A stretch of 64,000 bases of DNA. Origin: Klebsormidium nitens. Lineage: Eukaryota > Plantae > Klebsormidiophyceae. Below the pieces are notes generated by a model, which saw only the letters and a program-made list of their open reading frames with translations, had not been told where the DNA came from and ran no database searches. The stretch is from the NCBI GenBank assembly GCA_000708835.1, contig DF237242.1:45950-109949 (forward strand), given 5' to 3'. Below, one piece after another: positions 48,501 to 59,955 of the stretch; the stretch's first letter is position 1, and each line of letters opens with the position of its first letter. The position numbers were made by a program, and so were the translations under genes.

Positions 48501-50265
48501 CTTCCTTCCCCTTGTTAAGCTCGTTTTGCACGTCGTTTCGTTGTGATGTTTCATCGCGTCAGTCCGTCTTTACTGTAGCTCCTCATACTATTTTATTTAT
48601 TTGTAGCGTCCCCGTATTGCCGCTCCGCTCCTTTTTCTTATTCCGCCGTTCCGCCCCGCAGGTCCTCCTCCTCGACGGACTTGGTCGGCGAGGAGCTCCA
48701 GCAGGCCCTGTTGTGGGAGCACTTGCACGCCGCCGCCCTGGACGGCTACAGCGACCGCAGCAGCGACGCCTCCAGCAGGGCCTCCAGCCGCGCCCCTTCC
48801 CGAACGCCCTCGCTCGCCGACCTTGGCAGCAGTCACAGCAGCTTCAACGATCCCACTCAGAACGGTGCGCCGATCTGCGGAGAGGAATCCCTGTCGACAG
48901 CTGGCGACCGGCATTTGACAGCTGGCGGCGATAGAGTTACATTGTCGGGAGAAGTTGGCGTGGAAGAGGGCACGAGCGGTGTGACAGCCGGCGTGAGCCC
49001 CGAAGTGACAGCTGGTGCGGGCGTCGCGACAGCTGGCAAGCCGGGGGAAAAGGCCCTGTGGCGGAGAAAGTCGCTCCCCGCCATGGCCCTTCACCTGTCC
49101 AGCTCGGCCCCGGTCCTGGCCCCTGGCAGCCTCGAGTGGCGCTTCCTGCACCGGCCAACCGCAGAACGAAACGTGTCCACGTCAAGACCCTCGCCGCCCG
49201 CGTCCTTCGATGACGTCAGCGCGTCCGAAGACGACGTCAGCGCGACGGGCCCGCGCTTCAGCCTGTACACGTCACAGAGCGATTGGGCTCTGAAGCTGGC
49301 GGGGCTCGCGACGACCAAGCCGTGGGCGCGCGGGCTCGCGCGCATGGTTGCGTTTGGGGACCCGGGGAAGAACGACCTGGGGCGGCGGGTCGGCGCGGTT
49401 CTGCTGGTGGAGGAAGGGTACGAAACGATCGATGCGACGGAGGTCAGCATCGGGTCCAGGAACATGGGGCACCACTACTTGTTCCACAGGTGAGGACTGC
49501 GTCAGCCTGTAAGTAAACGATCATTTTTGGTCTAAACGTTCTGCAGTTGGTGAGTCATTGTTCCTATGTCTTCTTGGATACTTTCAGTATTGCTAGGGTT
49601 TACAATACTGGGCGCAAAGGCGATTAGCCAGGTGCAAATCCAGGTTGTTGCAGTTTTTGTTTGAATCGATTAAACCTTGCTTGTTGGTAAAAGGGATGAC
49701 ACATGCCCGTCCTTTGGGCGTTCAGACCCGCCCATCCGAAAAGTCCGCCTTGTGCAAAGATGGGTGCAGTCGCCTGCTCCGGTTTCAAAAGATCTGTTCT
49801 GCTTGCCTTGAGCCCTAACGTGCCGTCGCTTGTATGAAATGGTCGGTGGTACATTGGGAACTGTAAATTTTACAAGCAAAGGTTGCTAAGAAAATCAGAC
49901 TGTTAATCGCGGAGGCAAACTTCTTCAGGCCACGGCGAGAAGACCAGGAATGCTGGAAGAATGTCAAAACACAGACTGAAGTTGCCCAACCGCCACACTT
50001 ACACCTCAGGTGCATTCTGGAGGACATCACGCACCTGCTGAGTGGGGCGAACGCGCACAAGCGGCGCTTCGAGGCGACCACTCCCGACGGGAAGGTCTAC
50101 TGGAAGATTGAGCGTGGCGACTACAAGCCCGCAGCTGCGCCGTCCCCCGCGCTGTATCCGACTTGGAGCACTGTACATATGATGGAGAGCACAAAAGTGG
50201 CCCCCGCGGAGCGACAACTCCTCTTTTTCACCAGCGACGAAGTTGCAATCAACTTCAACTATTGA
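42509..50265 (+). CDS. Gene B: DUF900-type alpha/beta-hydrolase with a large low-complexity insertion (5' exons unresolved)
   Basis: Exons 42509-42662, 43462-43751, 44217-44265, 44816-44938, 45779-45972, 46828-48066, 48662-49489 and 50010-50265 join in frame. DUF900 hallmarks: VPIFYATNR, IIVFVHG, VVFSWPS..Y..D, VHVLSYSMG, FSLYTSQSDWAL, IDATEV..GHHY. Confidence 0.85.
42956..43373. mobile_element. 418-bp non-autonomous TIR element (MITE) in a gene B intron; 3-bp TSD, PIF/Harbinger-like
   Basis: Left end GGCTACGCGAAG(TTGG)TCGATATGGGGATTCCGGTCC (42956-42992) is the reverse complement of 43341-43373 apart from a 4-nt indel. TTG flanks both sides (42953-55, 43374-76). AT-rich interior. The superfamily call is inferred from TSD length and GGC ends. 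Confidence 0.85.
45295..45778 (+). repeat. Three degenerate tandem copies (~157-161 bp period) of the acceptor and 5' end of the catalytic exon of gene B
   Basis: GAGTTTCTGCACATG..CTGAC.GA.TTCGAGGCCAA.GTGCA.GTGCTGAGCTACAGC recurs at 45305, 45461 and 45618; real exon at 45779. Confidence 0.9.
46050..46280 (+). repeat. Two degenerate copies of the 3' end and donor of the same gene B exon
   Basis: CTGCAGGACAAGCTGCGGAGCGTCGTCACC(C/T)GGTGCGT at ~46096 differs at one base from the real exon end at 45941-45978. Weaker copy TTGCAGCACAAGCTGCCGGGC..CCAGGTGCG at ~46240. Confidence 0.9.
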
Positions 50266-50599
50266 GTGTAAGTAATAATCGAGAGTAACATTGAAGAATA
50301 CTGGCCTGATTGAGGAGAAAACAGTCGTTGAGGTAATCTTCGGGCAATTGTCGCTCGGAATATTTCACGTAGCTACTGCTTATGTTGACCGTAACTGATT
50401 CAAGGCCTATTTTGAGGTTCAGGTCTGTTTTGCAGCTACATAGCAAGTAAGCGTTCAGCCTCAAGTGTGGGAGGTGTAATAAGCTACTTTCAAATCAACA
50501 CTGGCGAGATAGCCCGGCCCTTTGACAACTAGTTTCGTATCCAGCTTATACCTCGATTCTTATCAGGATCTTTATAAAATCTCTCAGAAGAGCGCAATA

Positions 50600-51400
50600 A
50601 GTCCATTGGTCCGATCCGAATGATCATGCACGTGCCCTATAAGCTACACTGGGAAGAATACTCCGACTGTCAGTGCTATATGCATAATGACTCATGCAAT
50701 TGGACATCATTTGGTCGGACTCATGCCACGGGTGCCAAAATGGTGCCTGGCAGCGGCCGGACTGAGTGCAATCATCGATCGCATGTACACTATCTCTTTG
50801 CCCTCTGGGCTATACCGAAAGAAACCATCGAATTAATCTCGACGCGGTGAGTCGTGCACAGTGACTCCGACAGAAACCATATCGAATCTCGGCGCAAGGG
50901 TGCACATGACTTCGAATTCCGACGTATACATCATTGCACATGCACATATGCCACAAATATATATGTACGTACATCATGCCAAGCTGTGAAATTGCAATGG
51001 ATGCAATCATTAAGTTGCACGCGTACGACGGTACTTGCCTATAGCTCCATATAATATGTGATTGCGCAATGATATAGCGCTATATACTAAGGCTATTATA
51101 TAAGGCCGGAACTTGAACGAACCCGAACCTGCAGTGACTACTAAGCGGTTCCGCAACATGTCTAGCTAGCTTAAGTTAACGATCGAATATTATCCACGAT
51201 CATATCCAAGATCTGAGTACGTCATATCCGACCGCTCATATCCGATCCATGCACTCATTCCCGGATGCAATGATGATTGAATCCGGAGTCCGGGTTCAAT
51301 GCAGCTAGTCGAATGTCCATGTAAATCTCATGTTTCACTGTTCGATCGTTGCCAGTGCGCATGTGCAGTTGGTTGAACCTGAAATGCGGCGGCAGAAAAT
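50600..51400. other. Compositionally distinct non-coding island rich in short palindromes, between convergent genes B and D
   Basis: Dense TGCA/CATG/ATAT/TATA/GATC/AGCT/GTAC words and no credible ORF. No TIR or TSD found. Confidence 0.45.
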
Positions 51401-51758
51401 AGTCCAATGAGACTGGCTGGCAACAGGCATCGATCCTCCAAGTTTATAGTTGGTTTTTAAGGCAATGCGCACTGATGCCAGCTCTTCTTTTCAGGTACGT
51501 TTTTCTCGAGCGTGCTCCGGGCCAATCTATAATACAGCTCAACGCTAGTGTCGTTGCAACCTACCGGCTACTAGGCTAGTGTCAGTTCCTACATTCACTG
51601 CTGAAATGTCCAGCGTTGATCGCCTTGCGCATGGGCCGTAAACCCCTAGGCCCGCATTCGTGCCCTTCAAAAAATGGGCACAAGGCGTGAACGTAGCTAA
51701 AGTCTACGGCATCGTATTAAGCTCGTGAAAACGCCTTTACACCTTCGGCAGGCCTGCT

Positions 51759-54700
51759 TTACTCTTGTACCGACTCTAGGATCTGCTCGAGCACGACCAT
51801 GATGTGCTCAAAAGACGGCCGCTCTGACGGCTCCTGCTTCCAGCAGTCTTTGACCAGTTGCACCAACCGGGGATCCCATTCGTCCACAGGGATTGATAAC
51901 CGGATGCCGGCCGCGACCGACGTGATGATCTGCGGTTCGTGGACACCCTGGAAAGCAATAACGTTGAGCGTCAAACGAAGGTTGAAACCACGCAAATGCC
52001 AAACAATACAACTCCTCGCACCTTCAATGCCCCTCAAGAAAGTGGACGGACTTTGTGCTTGCTGAACGACCGGCTTCCAAGCCACTTTGACCCGTTCGTG
52101 GACGCCCAGATTTCTCGTGCTCTGCAGCAAGCACATGCTGCTTTCATTGACAACCAAGGGCCAGTGATAAAGCTCGGACGGCACACCCTCACGCGTCCTC
52201 TGGCGAAAGCCCTGTAAGATTGACTACCGTAAGTGTAAAAACTTTCAAGGACTTTGACACACAAGCTGGTAAGAGGAATCTCACCGTCCAGGGGACCCGC
52301 CGCGTGGCGAGCTCCCACAGGATCACCCCGAAGCTGTACACGTCACCCTTTTCGTCCACGAGCGACGGGTCCTTGAACGCCTCCGGCGCCATGTACGACA
52401 CGGTGCCCGCCGCGCGCAGCGTGGACAGCGGCTTGTTGCCCGACGTCGTGTTCAGCAGGCGGGACTGCCCGAAGTCGCACACCTGCGGGGAAAAGGGTAG
52501 ATTTCGATGAGGCACTTTGAGTCAGAGCTGTGGATAATCTCTGCTTTTGGGCACGACAAACTTCGGTCGTGGCCAGCGTGCAGATTGGGAAGAGTCGCAA
52601 AGCTGCAGAGAAAGGGCTGGGGGAACCATTGGCCAAGCACTAGTTCCGGAAAGATAGACTTCTTTTGACGTCATCTCCTGTTGAGGACAACAGCGGCCCC
52701 AGTTCTTTGCATTGCGTTCAGCAGGCGAGAATTCATGAAGTCGCACACTTGACAAAACAGAGCACAGTACCGGGGTCAGCAACGTGTTTGGAGGGGGATG
52801 CCGCGGGGACAACCAGTCTAAGCACAGGAAACCCTCAAGGGAAAGCCCATAAAATCAACGAGCAGCGTCTCCACTTCCATCTTTCAACTCTGAAACAAAC
52901 AAAAGTTGACTCAAAACGTTCACCAAGCAAAGCTACAAGTTTCCTTCTCGAACAAGGTACCTTCTAGCACAAGGCCAAACGATTCAACTTTAGAGCAAAC
53001 ATACGCGACCCACCTTGACTGTGTTATCCAGGCCGACCAGCAGGTTCCCCGTCTTGAGGTCGCGGTGCGCAATCCCCTGGAGGTGCAGGTAGCCCATGCC
53101 CCGTGCCACACCAAGCGCGTACTGCAGCCGTTGGGACAAACTGATGGGGGCCTTGCTGCTGTCTCGGTGGAGCACCTCGAATAGGCTGCCGCGGGCCAGA
53201 TACTCCGTCACGATGTACACCTGCGAACAGTGTAACAGCGTTTTTAACCAAGAACCCGAAAACCGAACGGGCTGCCGCGCACACGGTACTCAATCACCGT
53301 GTACAGCTGCAGTCATTGACCATGTGGCGACCTCGAACCTGGAAACTCTGAAACTAAGCAGGGACTGAACCACCCCCAGCAACTGTCCGAGCAGCATTCC
53401 ACAAGAGTACAACTCAGCTCTTCAACACCAGTTTGTGCTGAGTTTGCCTCGACACTTGCTTATTACGCTCCTCAGAGTGGCTTTTCGACCCCTAACTCCT
53501 GTAGCGCAATTCTAACAAGTCTCTTTGGAAACAGCAGAATGAGAGTTCCATGAAGGAGCGCATCAAGGGGGGGCGGCTAAGCTTCCCTGCAAGATAGGCA
53601 AGTTCAGTGGTCTGGATGCCCGAAGAAACGGACTCTTGCAGGTTTGACAGACAAAATCTGCGCTGTGCCCTCACCTCGCGCGACTGCGGCACCTCGACGG
53701 CCCCGATGAAGAGCACGACGTTGGGGTGGCGCAGCTTCCGCAGGATGACCACCTCGCGCCACACGGTGACCAGCGCCGCGCCCTCCACGCCGCTCATCAC
53801 CTTCACCGCGATGTCCGTGCCCAGCCACACCGCGTGGTACACCCGCCCGAACGAGCCCTGGAGCGGAAGGAACGTGTGAGGCGGAACTCAAGGAAGCCAT
53901 ACACCTGCTAAGATGGTATTTTCGTGTTTTTTAGACTCTCCACATCAGTGAGCAAGCCCAATGATGAACCCCAGGGGGAACAGACATTGAAGGCGAAGCG
54001 GAAGTATGCTGAGGGGCCTTGACGTTGGGTAAAGAAAGGGGAAGGATAGGCGTTTCGGAAGCAGGGGAGAACGGACTCTGGATCATGGTAAGAGCGTATG
54101 TCGAAGTTGCCGGCTTCATAGGAACTGCTAGACCTGTGCCGACACGTATGCCCACCTTATGTAAGGAAGGTCGGTTGGGTGTAGCTCACGAGGTCCATTC
54201 CGAAAGCGAAAATGGCAGATGGACAAACGTTACAAGGCACAGAATAACGCTTGGCATCCCACCCCACTTCCGACTCCCGAACCCCACCAAACGACCTCTT
54301 ACCTGTCCTAGGAGTGTCCCCAATTTGATATGCTCGGGATGCATCTGCAGCTCCCCCCCCATCATCCAACTCCGGTACTTGGCCGACCGCGCCTTCTCAT
54401 CCGACGCTGCCTTCTCCGCTTTCGCCTGCGGGCTAGCCCCTCCGTTAACCCCATTCTCAACCCCGTCCCGCCCCGACGTCTCCCCTGGGGGAGCGCCCCG
54501 ATCTGCCAGCCTTTCCGCCAGCGTTTCCACATCCTCTTCGTTGAAGATGTCCCCCCACACCGAACTCGCTCCCACCAGCGTGATCGGCGCCTTGCTCATA
54601 AACCCGGGAATTACATCCTTAACCTCGGGCTTAACCTGCGGGGGGTCTAAACCCAGGGTTTTCTCCACGCCCCCCGTCCCGGCCAGAGCGTTCAGCCGCG

Positions 54701-57700
54701 CCGCAGTGCTGCTTTCGAAGATCTTGGTGATGTCGCGCGCGGGGGCGCCGTCCGAGTGGAGACTATTGTGCCCCGACAGCACCGAGTGCTCCATCTCGTG
54801 CGCCAGCTCCTCGCTCCGTTGCAATGTCCGCACGACCAGGCTCATTTTGGGCCGGTCCAAAGCGTCCGCTTGCATACACATGGCCGCCGCTGCGACCGCA
54901 CCCGACAATTCCGCCTCCCGGCCCTCCCGCCCTAACCGCTTATCTAGCAACTCGGACGCATGCCCCGTGGTTAACAGGCTGACCGCGCGCTTGACTAGGT
55001 GGTTAGCGTTTTCGTTAGTGGAAAGGCCGCGCCCCCGAATAAGCTCGAAAACCAGCAGGCCGAACGCGAAAACGTCGCCCTCGATGCTCGCGAGCTGGGT
55101 TAGGTATCCGCTCAACCCCGCGTCGGCCAGAAACGCCTGCCCGTCCGAACTTAGGAGCACCCGGGACGAGTTAACCATCCCATGCGGCAAGACGGGTTTA
55201 TGCTCTTCGTGCAGGTACTCCAGAGCAAGCGCCACGTCCTTCATGACCCGCCACCGTTCCGCCCAGGTCATCACCTTCCCGGAATTACTGCTTGCCTCCG
55301 GCGCCCTCCCCGGCTTCTCACTCGGTCCCGGGGCTTCCTCTCCCCCCCGTTTCGTGCTTAACCGCTCCCCGCCCTCCGCAAGTCTCGCCTGAACGCTCAC
55401 CGGTTTGCTCGCGCCAGGCATGCTATGCACCAGGAAACAGGCCCGGTTCTTGGAAGGGTGGCACGCGGTCAACCGAGGGAGGTTGGGGTGGGACACCGTT
55501 TTCAACAACCCGACCGTCGCCATGAAGCTTTGCTTGTCCGCCCCCGCCCCTAGTTTGCTCCGTTTGCCGTGGGACGGGAGCTGTCGCACGAGGATGGCGC
55601 CCATGGACGCGAGGCCGGTGTAGAGGGATCCCCCTTCGCTCGGGCTGGCGTTGGAGAAGAGCTCCAGGATGCTGCCGCTGTTGGAGACGAGCAGTGTGAA
55701 CGTGTCCTGGTTGCCCTCCTGGTCCACGAGAAGGGGACGACCGTCCACGCAGTTCTTGGCGGCAAAGTTGCTGGTCAACTGCGGAGGAGGGGCGGGACAA
55801 CGGACTGTCAAAGCTCAGCATGATGCATCCATCGTGAGAAAGCTAATAGTCTACTCCAGGGGGGGACCTCAAGGTCGACAACAGCAGCTGAGACCCCGAA
55901 CATTATAGAAAAAGGCTCCAAAACGAGAATGATGAAGGAAAACGTTGTTGGTCACGACTGAGAGGAAAGCAATCACTTGGACGAGAAGAGCAGGTTTCTA
56001 TTCAAACCAGCAAGCTCCTGGAAGTGGCGCTTCAACTTTGGTAGCAATGGGGCTCTCGTACGAGTCCCATCTTTACCTCCGGGTCAGTTGGAAAAGATGA
56101 ATCAACTTTTTTAAGGGCAGTTGATACCAGGGGTTGTCTCCCCAGGGTTGTCTACATGGACCCTGTTGTGGTTGATGACGTGTTTAGTTGGCGAATTTCA
56201 TTGCTGAGAACACATTCTGAACATGGTTGCCACTAGAAAGAAAAGTCGAGCTGACGACATTCTTCTTCCTCATGTCGACACCTCAACTAGCAAATGTCAA
56301 CAGGGCACTCGCACCAACATGAAAAAGCAGCATGCAAACCCGAAACCTGAAACCTGAAACCTCTGCAGCTTACACCGATTGTGCTCAGCAACAGTGGAAC
56401 GAAAGTTGACTCAGCAAGGAAACTGTTTCCAATTGCAGTTCCGAAAGCCCCAGCAACAGACCAGGGTTTCAAGAAGCAAAACTTTAGTCAGAATGCGACC
56501 ACAAACATTTGAAGATCTGCAGTAAATTGTGGGGGGAAGGGGGTTCCAGAAACGGGAAAATATGAAGGAAACTTCTTACTGTGAGTATCTGAAATCGGAC
56601 AGATGCTTACAATCAGACACGATGACCAACCCTGCTCTAATGTTGTCTCATGAACCAATCTCTACAAGACTGCCTTCAGACTCGGATTGCCCTGCCCTAA
56701 ATACGCTTAACTCCCTCTTGACTAAGAACCTCTTAACCCCTAGGAAAACAAGACAACAACAAAGTTAATTGCCTCTCCAGCTTCACCCTACAGATTTTAC
56801 CTCGTCTGCAGTTCCCAATGACTGATATGCCATGTGCCAGATCGTTCATAAGAACGAAGGAGAAACGAAAGAAAACAGGGCGCCTCACCAGCTTGAGCCT
56901 GCTGACGCTGTACTGCGGCACGTCCATGGCCATGGCCTCCAGCTGCCACTTCTCAGTGGGCACCTCCCCCCCCGTCTGCTTCCGCCAGTGGTCGATCCGC
57001 CGCTTGCGCCGCAGGTACCACAAAAAGCCAATTGTACACACGACGGTCGCAACCCCGATCGTGATCACAATCATCACGTCGATCGCAACCACCTGGCCCC
57101 GCCGCGAGGCGGGCCCCTGGGGGGGGGTGCTCAGGGGGGGTTTTGGGTAGAATGGATAGGTCTCTGGGAGAAACCCCGCGTTGCGGGGGGTCACGCTGAC
57201 TTGCGCGTAGAAGTTGGCGCAGTCGGAGGCGGTTCGCTGGTCCGTGAGCGGGGCAAAGGGGACCCCCATGCAGTTCTGGCCATAGCGCACCAGCGGGGAG
57301 GCCAGCAGGGCGGGGGGGAGCGTCCCGTTGAGCCAGTTGTGCTCCAAGTTCAGCACAAGCGCCTCGCGGGGAACAGCTGACGTCACATTCCCCGCCGCTG
57401 ATGTCACATTCCCCGCCGTTGACGTCAGGTTGCTGATGACGGCTCCGTTGGTCGCTCGCCATGCGAGGCGGGAGCGGAGCAGGGAGTCGGGGAATGGGCC
57501 GCTGAGCGCGCAGTTATCCAGGTGCAGGTCGGTTAGGTTGACCAAGTTGCCCAGGGACTCCGGAATCGTGCCCTGGATGCCTGGGTTACGGCTCAAAGAC
57601 AGGGTTTGCAGGTGGGTTAACTGGCCCAGGCTGACCTCATTGATGTCTCCCACGATGTCGAAGTTGCTCAGCTCAAGCGAGATGACATGGGTGTTATAAA

Positions 57701-59955
57701 CCGGGTCACAAGTAACCCCCGGCCAACCGTGCTTGGAGCAGGGGTCGACGGTGGTCATCCAGCCGGGGGGGTACCAGCTGATGCGAATGCCCTCCAGGAT
57801 GCGCCGGTCGGGGCGGAACTGCGCGTACCACTCGTTGCACTTGTCTGTGGTTCGCTGGCCATTGTTGGTGTCGCGGTCCATGCAGTTGTTGGCAATCTGG
57901 GCAATGGTGAGACGGGTTTGGTTAGCCGTGACCACAAGTGGTTAGCTACCGCCGATGATTGGATGTGACCGCGTAAGCCTTGATTGCAGCGCTTTTCGTG
58001 GTTGTGACCTGGGGGGGGGGCATCACCGCCCAAAGCTTCAAATTTCATCTGATATGGAGCAAGTGATGAGATAACGACGATCAACAAGATTGACTTTGCA
58101 AACACGGTTCTGTTGAACTATGTTCTTGAAGACAGACAAAGTAACGAATCTGCCCAACCCACGGCGGCAGGTTCTTTCCAGCGTCACAACAGTTTTGAGG
58201 GCCACAAAGTCCAGAGGTTATTCATAGTGACATACATCTCAAAGTCCCCAAACCCAATCGAACTCCAAAAGTCCCCAACAAGCTTTGTCTGTCACACCAG
58301 TTTCCTTTTTGATACCGCCATCTAGATATCACCTTTCTTTAAGAATATCAAACACAAATGACAACACAACTAATCCATAAAAACTATCCAAACTGCTTCA
58401 ACATGTACCGCACAAGTAAATATAGAGCCACCACTGCAAGTCACTCTGCTTGAAAGTGATCTCATGGTTCCCTCCGGACCATTGAAAAGTTCTAGCACCT
58501 GCTTGCTTGGATGTGAACAGGTCCGCAAATCCGTGCCTTCACACTATCCCTTGCAACCTCCAACATCCATCCAGGCACTGAAAATAAACTCTCCACTAAT
58601 TGAACCGCGTGCTTGGCGTTACCAGAAGAACTGCCGCAGAAGCTCACCCGAGTCAAAACATGCAAAAACCTGCTCCCAGAACCATGAATGCCAAGAGTGG
58701 CGACACATGATGACACTGACACTCCCCCATGTCGGGAAAAACCCTGTGGCCGCTCTGCGGTGACAGATTCGCGCGGCCAAAGTTGAAACTCGTCAGGGAT
58801 GCATCACAAGTTGCCCCTTGATCACCGCACATGAAAGCAGATACGCCAACCCCCAGTCCCAATGTCAAGACCCAGGCCACCACCATGTCGCCACCATACA
58901 GCAAAGCACAAAGCTGAAATGGTGACATCAGCAACGCACAGATGACATCATGCGGGCCGCGCCCCAGGGCGCCTGGAAAGAAAAGCTGCCATGACCAAAG
59001 CGTCCTAAGCCCCACCAGATTGGTCGACACCGGATGTGTGTGGGATGGTTCCGTGCAAGAACCATCAAAGAGCGCCCCAACTTGAAGGGTCTTGATGTAG
59101 GAAAATGATAAAATAGAAAGTTATGTGCGTGAAGAAGAAACAGAGCATCAAAGGCCTCACCACAGCGGGGTATTTGATGAGGCCCGTGAGCGTCTCCGGC
59201 AGCAGGCCCGTCAGGTAGTTGTCCTGCACATCCAGGATGGCCAGCTGCGGCGGTGCGAAGCTGGGCGAGACAGGCCCGCTCAGGCAGTTCCCCGCGAGGT
59301 GTAGCTCCGTTAGGCTCTGACATGCGCTCAGCTCCGCGGGGATGGGGCCTGAGATGAACGCGTTCGACAGGCGGATCACTTTCAGGCGCTGCAGGTTCTG
59401 CAGAGAGTTTGGGAGCGTCCCGAAGAGCTTGGAGTTGTCGAGTGAGAGGCCCTGCAACGCGGCCAGGTTGCCGAGCTCAGGAGGGAGGGTTCCGGACAGC
59501 GGTTGAGACAGCCCCGCCGCAACATGGGGGTCGGAAATGGAGACGACGCGCGTCTCGTTCCCAACCATGCTGCAGAGAATGCCGGGCCAGGGAGGCGTGC
59601 CGTTGGCCACCCCGCAGGGCGGCACGGACACATTCCACAGGCGGGGGTCAAGGTTCCATGCCTTTCGGACCGCCAGGAGCGCGGCAAAATCCGTTGCATT
59701 CAGCGTGCCGGTCTGCCCGGTCAACTCCTCGGAAACCCTCCCCACGAGCTGCGCAACCGGAGTTACCGACTCCAAGTCTTCTGAAGCCAGAATGCGCCTG
59801 GGACGCTGCAACCCCCCTGCATCTGGCCTGCCCCCCAAAGTTGCAACAGGAATGAAGACTATAACAGCCACAAGGATCGTTGGCAAAGCGAACAGGGGTG
59901 CCGGTGGCCGGGCCGACGACCCTCGAGTCTTCCGGCTCCGACAGGGAACCGCCAT
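51759..59955 (-). CDS. Gene D: LRR receptor with duplicated LRR ectodomain, TM helix, RLK/Pelle-type pseudokinase and C-terminal Raf-like (TKL) kinase
   Basis: Eight in-frame GT-AG exons: 59955-59161, 58972-58940, 57896-56889, 55778-54303, 53857-53675, 53220-53014, 52482-52285, 51947-51759. Signal peptide; plant LRRs (LSGTLPPELGNLAALQGLSL, IQGTIPESLGNLVNLTDLHL); TM VVAIDVMIVITIGVATVVCTIGFLWYL then RRKRR. Kinase 1: YSVSRLKLLTSNF..TWAERWRVMKDVALALEYLH..HGMVNSSRVLL..DAG. Kinase 2: LGQGSFGRVYHAVWLGTDIAVK..HRDLKTGNLL..VKVCDFG..GTVSYMAPE..DVYSFGVILWELAT..RPSF. Confidence 0.92.
52484..52765 (-). repeat. Two degenerate copies (~130 bp period) of the acceptor and VCDFG exon start of gene D
   Basis: GTTCAGCAGGCGAGAATTCATGAAGTCGCACACTTG (52716) vs real GTTCAGCAGGCGGGACTGCCCGAAGTCGCACACCTG (52450). 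A weaker copy lies near 52575-52620. Confidence 0.75.
53263..53312 (-). repeat. Degenerate copy of the acceptor and VYIVTEY exon start of gene D
   Basis: GGCTGCCGCG..GTACTC..TCAC..TGTACAGCTGC vs real GGCTGCCGCG..ATACTCCGTCACGATGTACACCTGC at 53185-53224. Confidence 0.75.
57376..57427 (-). repeat. 21-bp coding tandem repeat in gene D (NLTSTAGNVTSAAGNVTSA)
   Basis: GCTGA(C/T)GTCACATTCCCCGCC twice plus a partial third copy; creates N-x-T sequons between LRRs. Confidence 0.9.

Noticed and set aside
54019-55392. 457-aa + strand ORF (likewise 59537-60052 +, 8881-9366 -, 57328-57699 +)
   Set aside because: Antisense or alternate-frame shadows of GC-rich exons; no motifs of their own.
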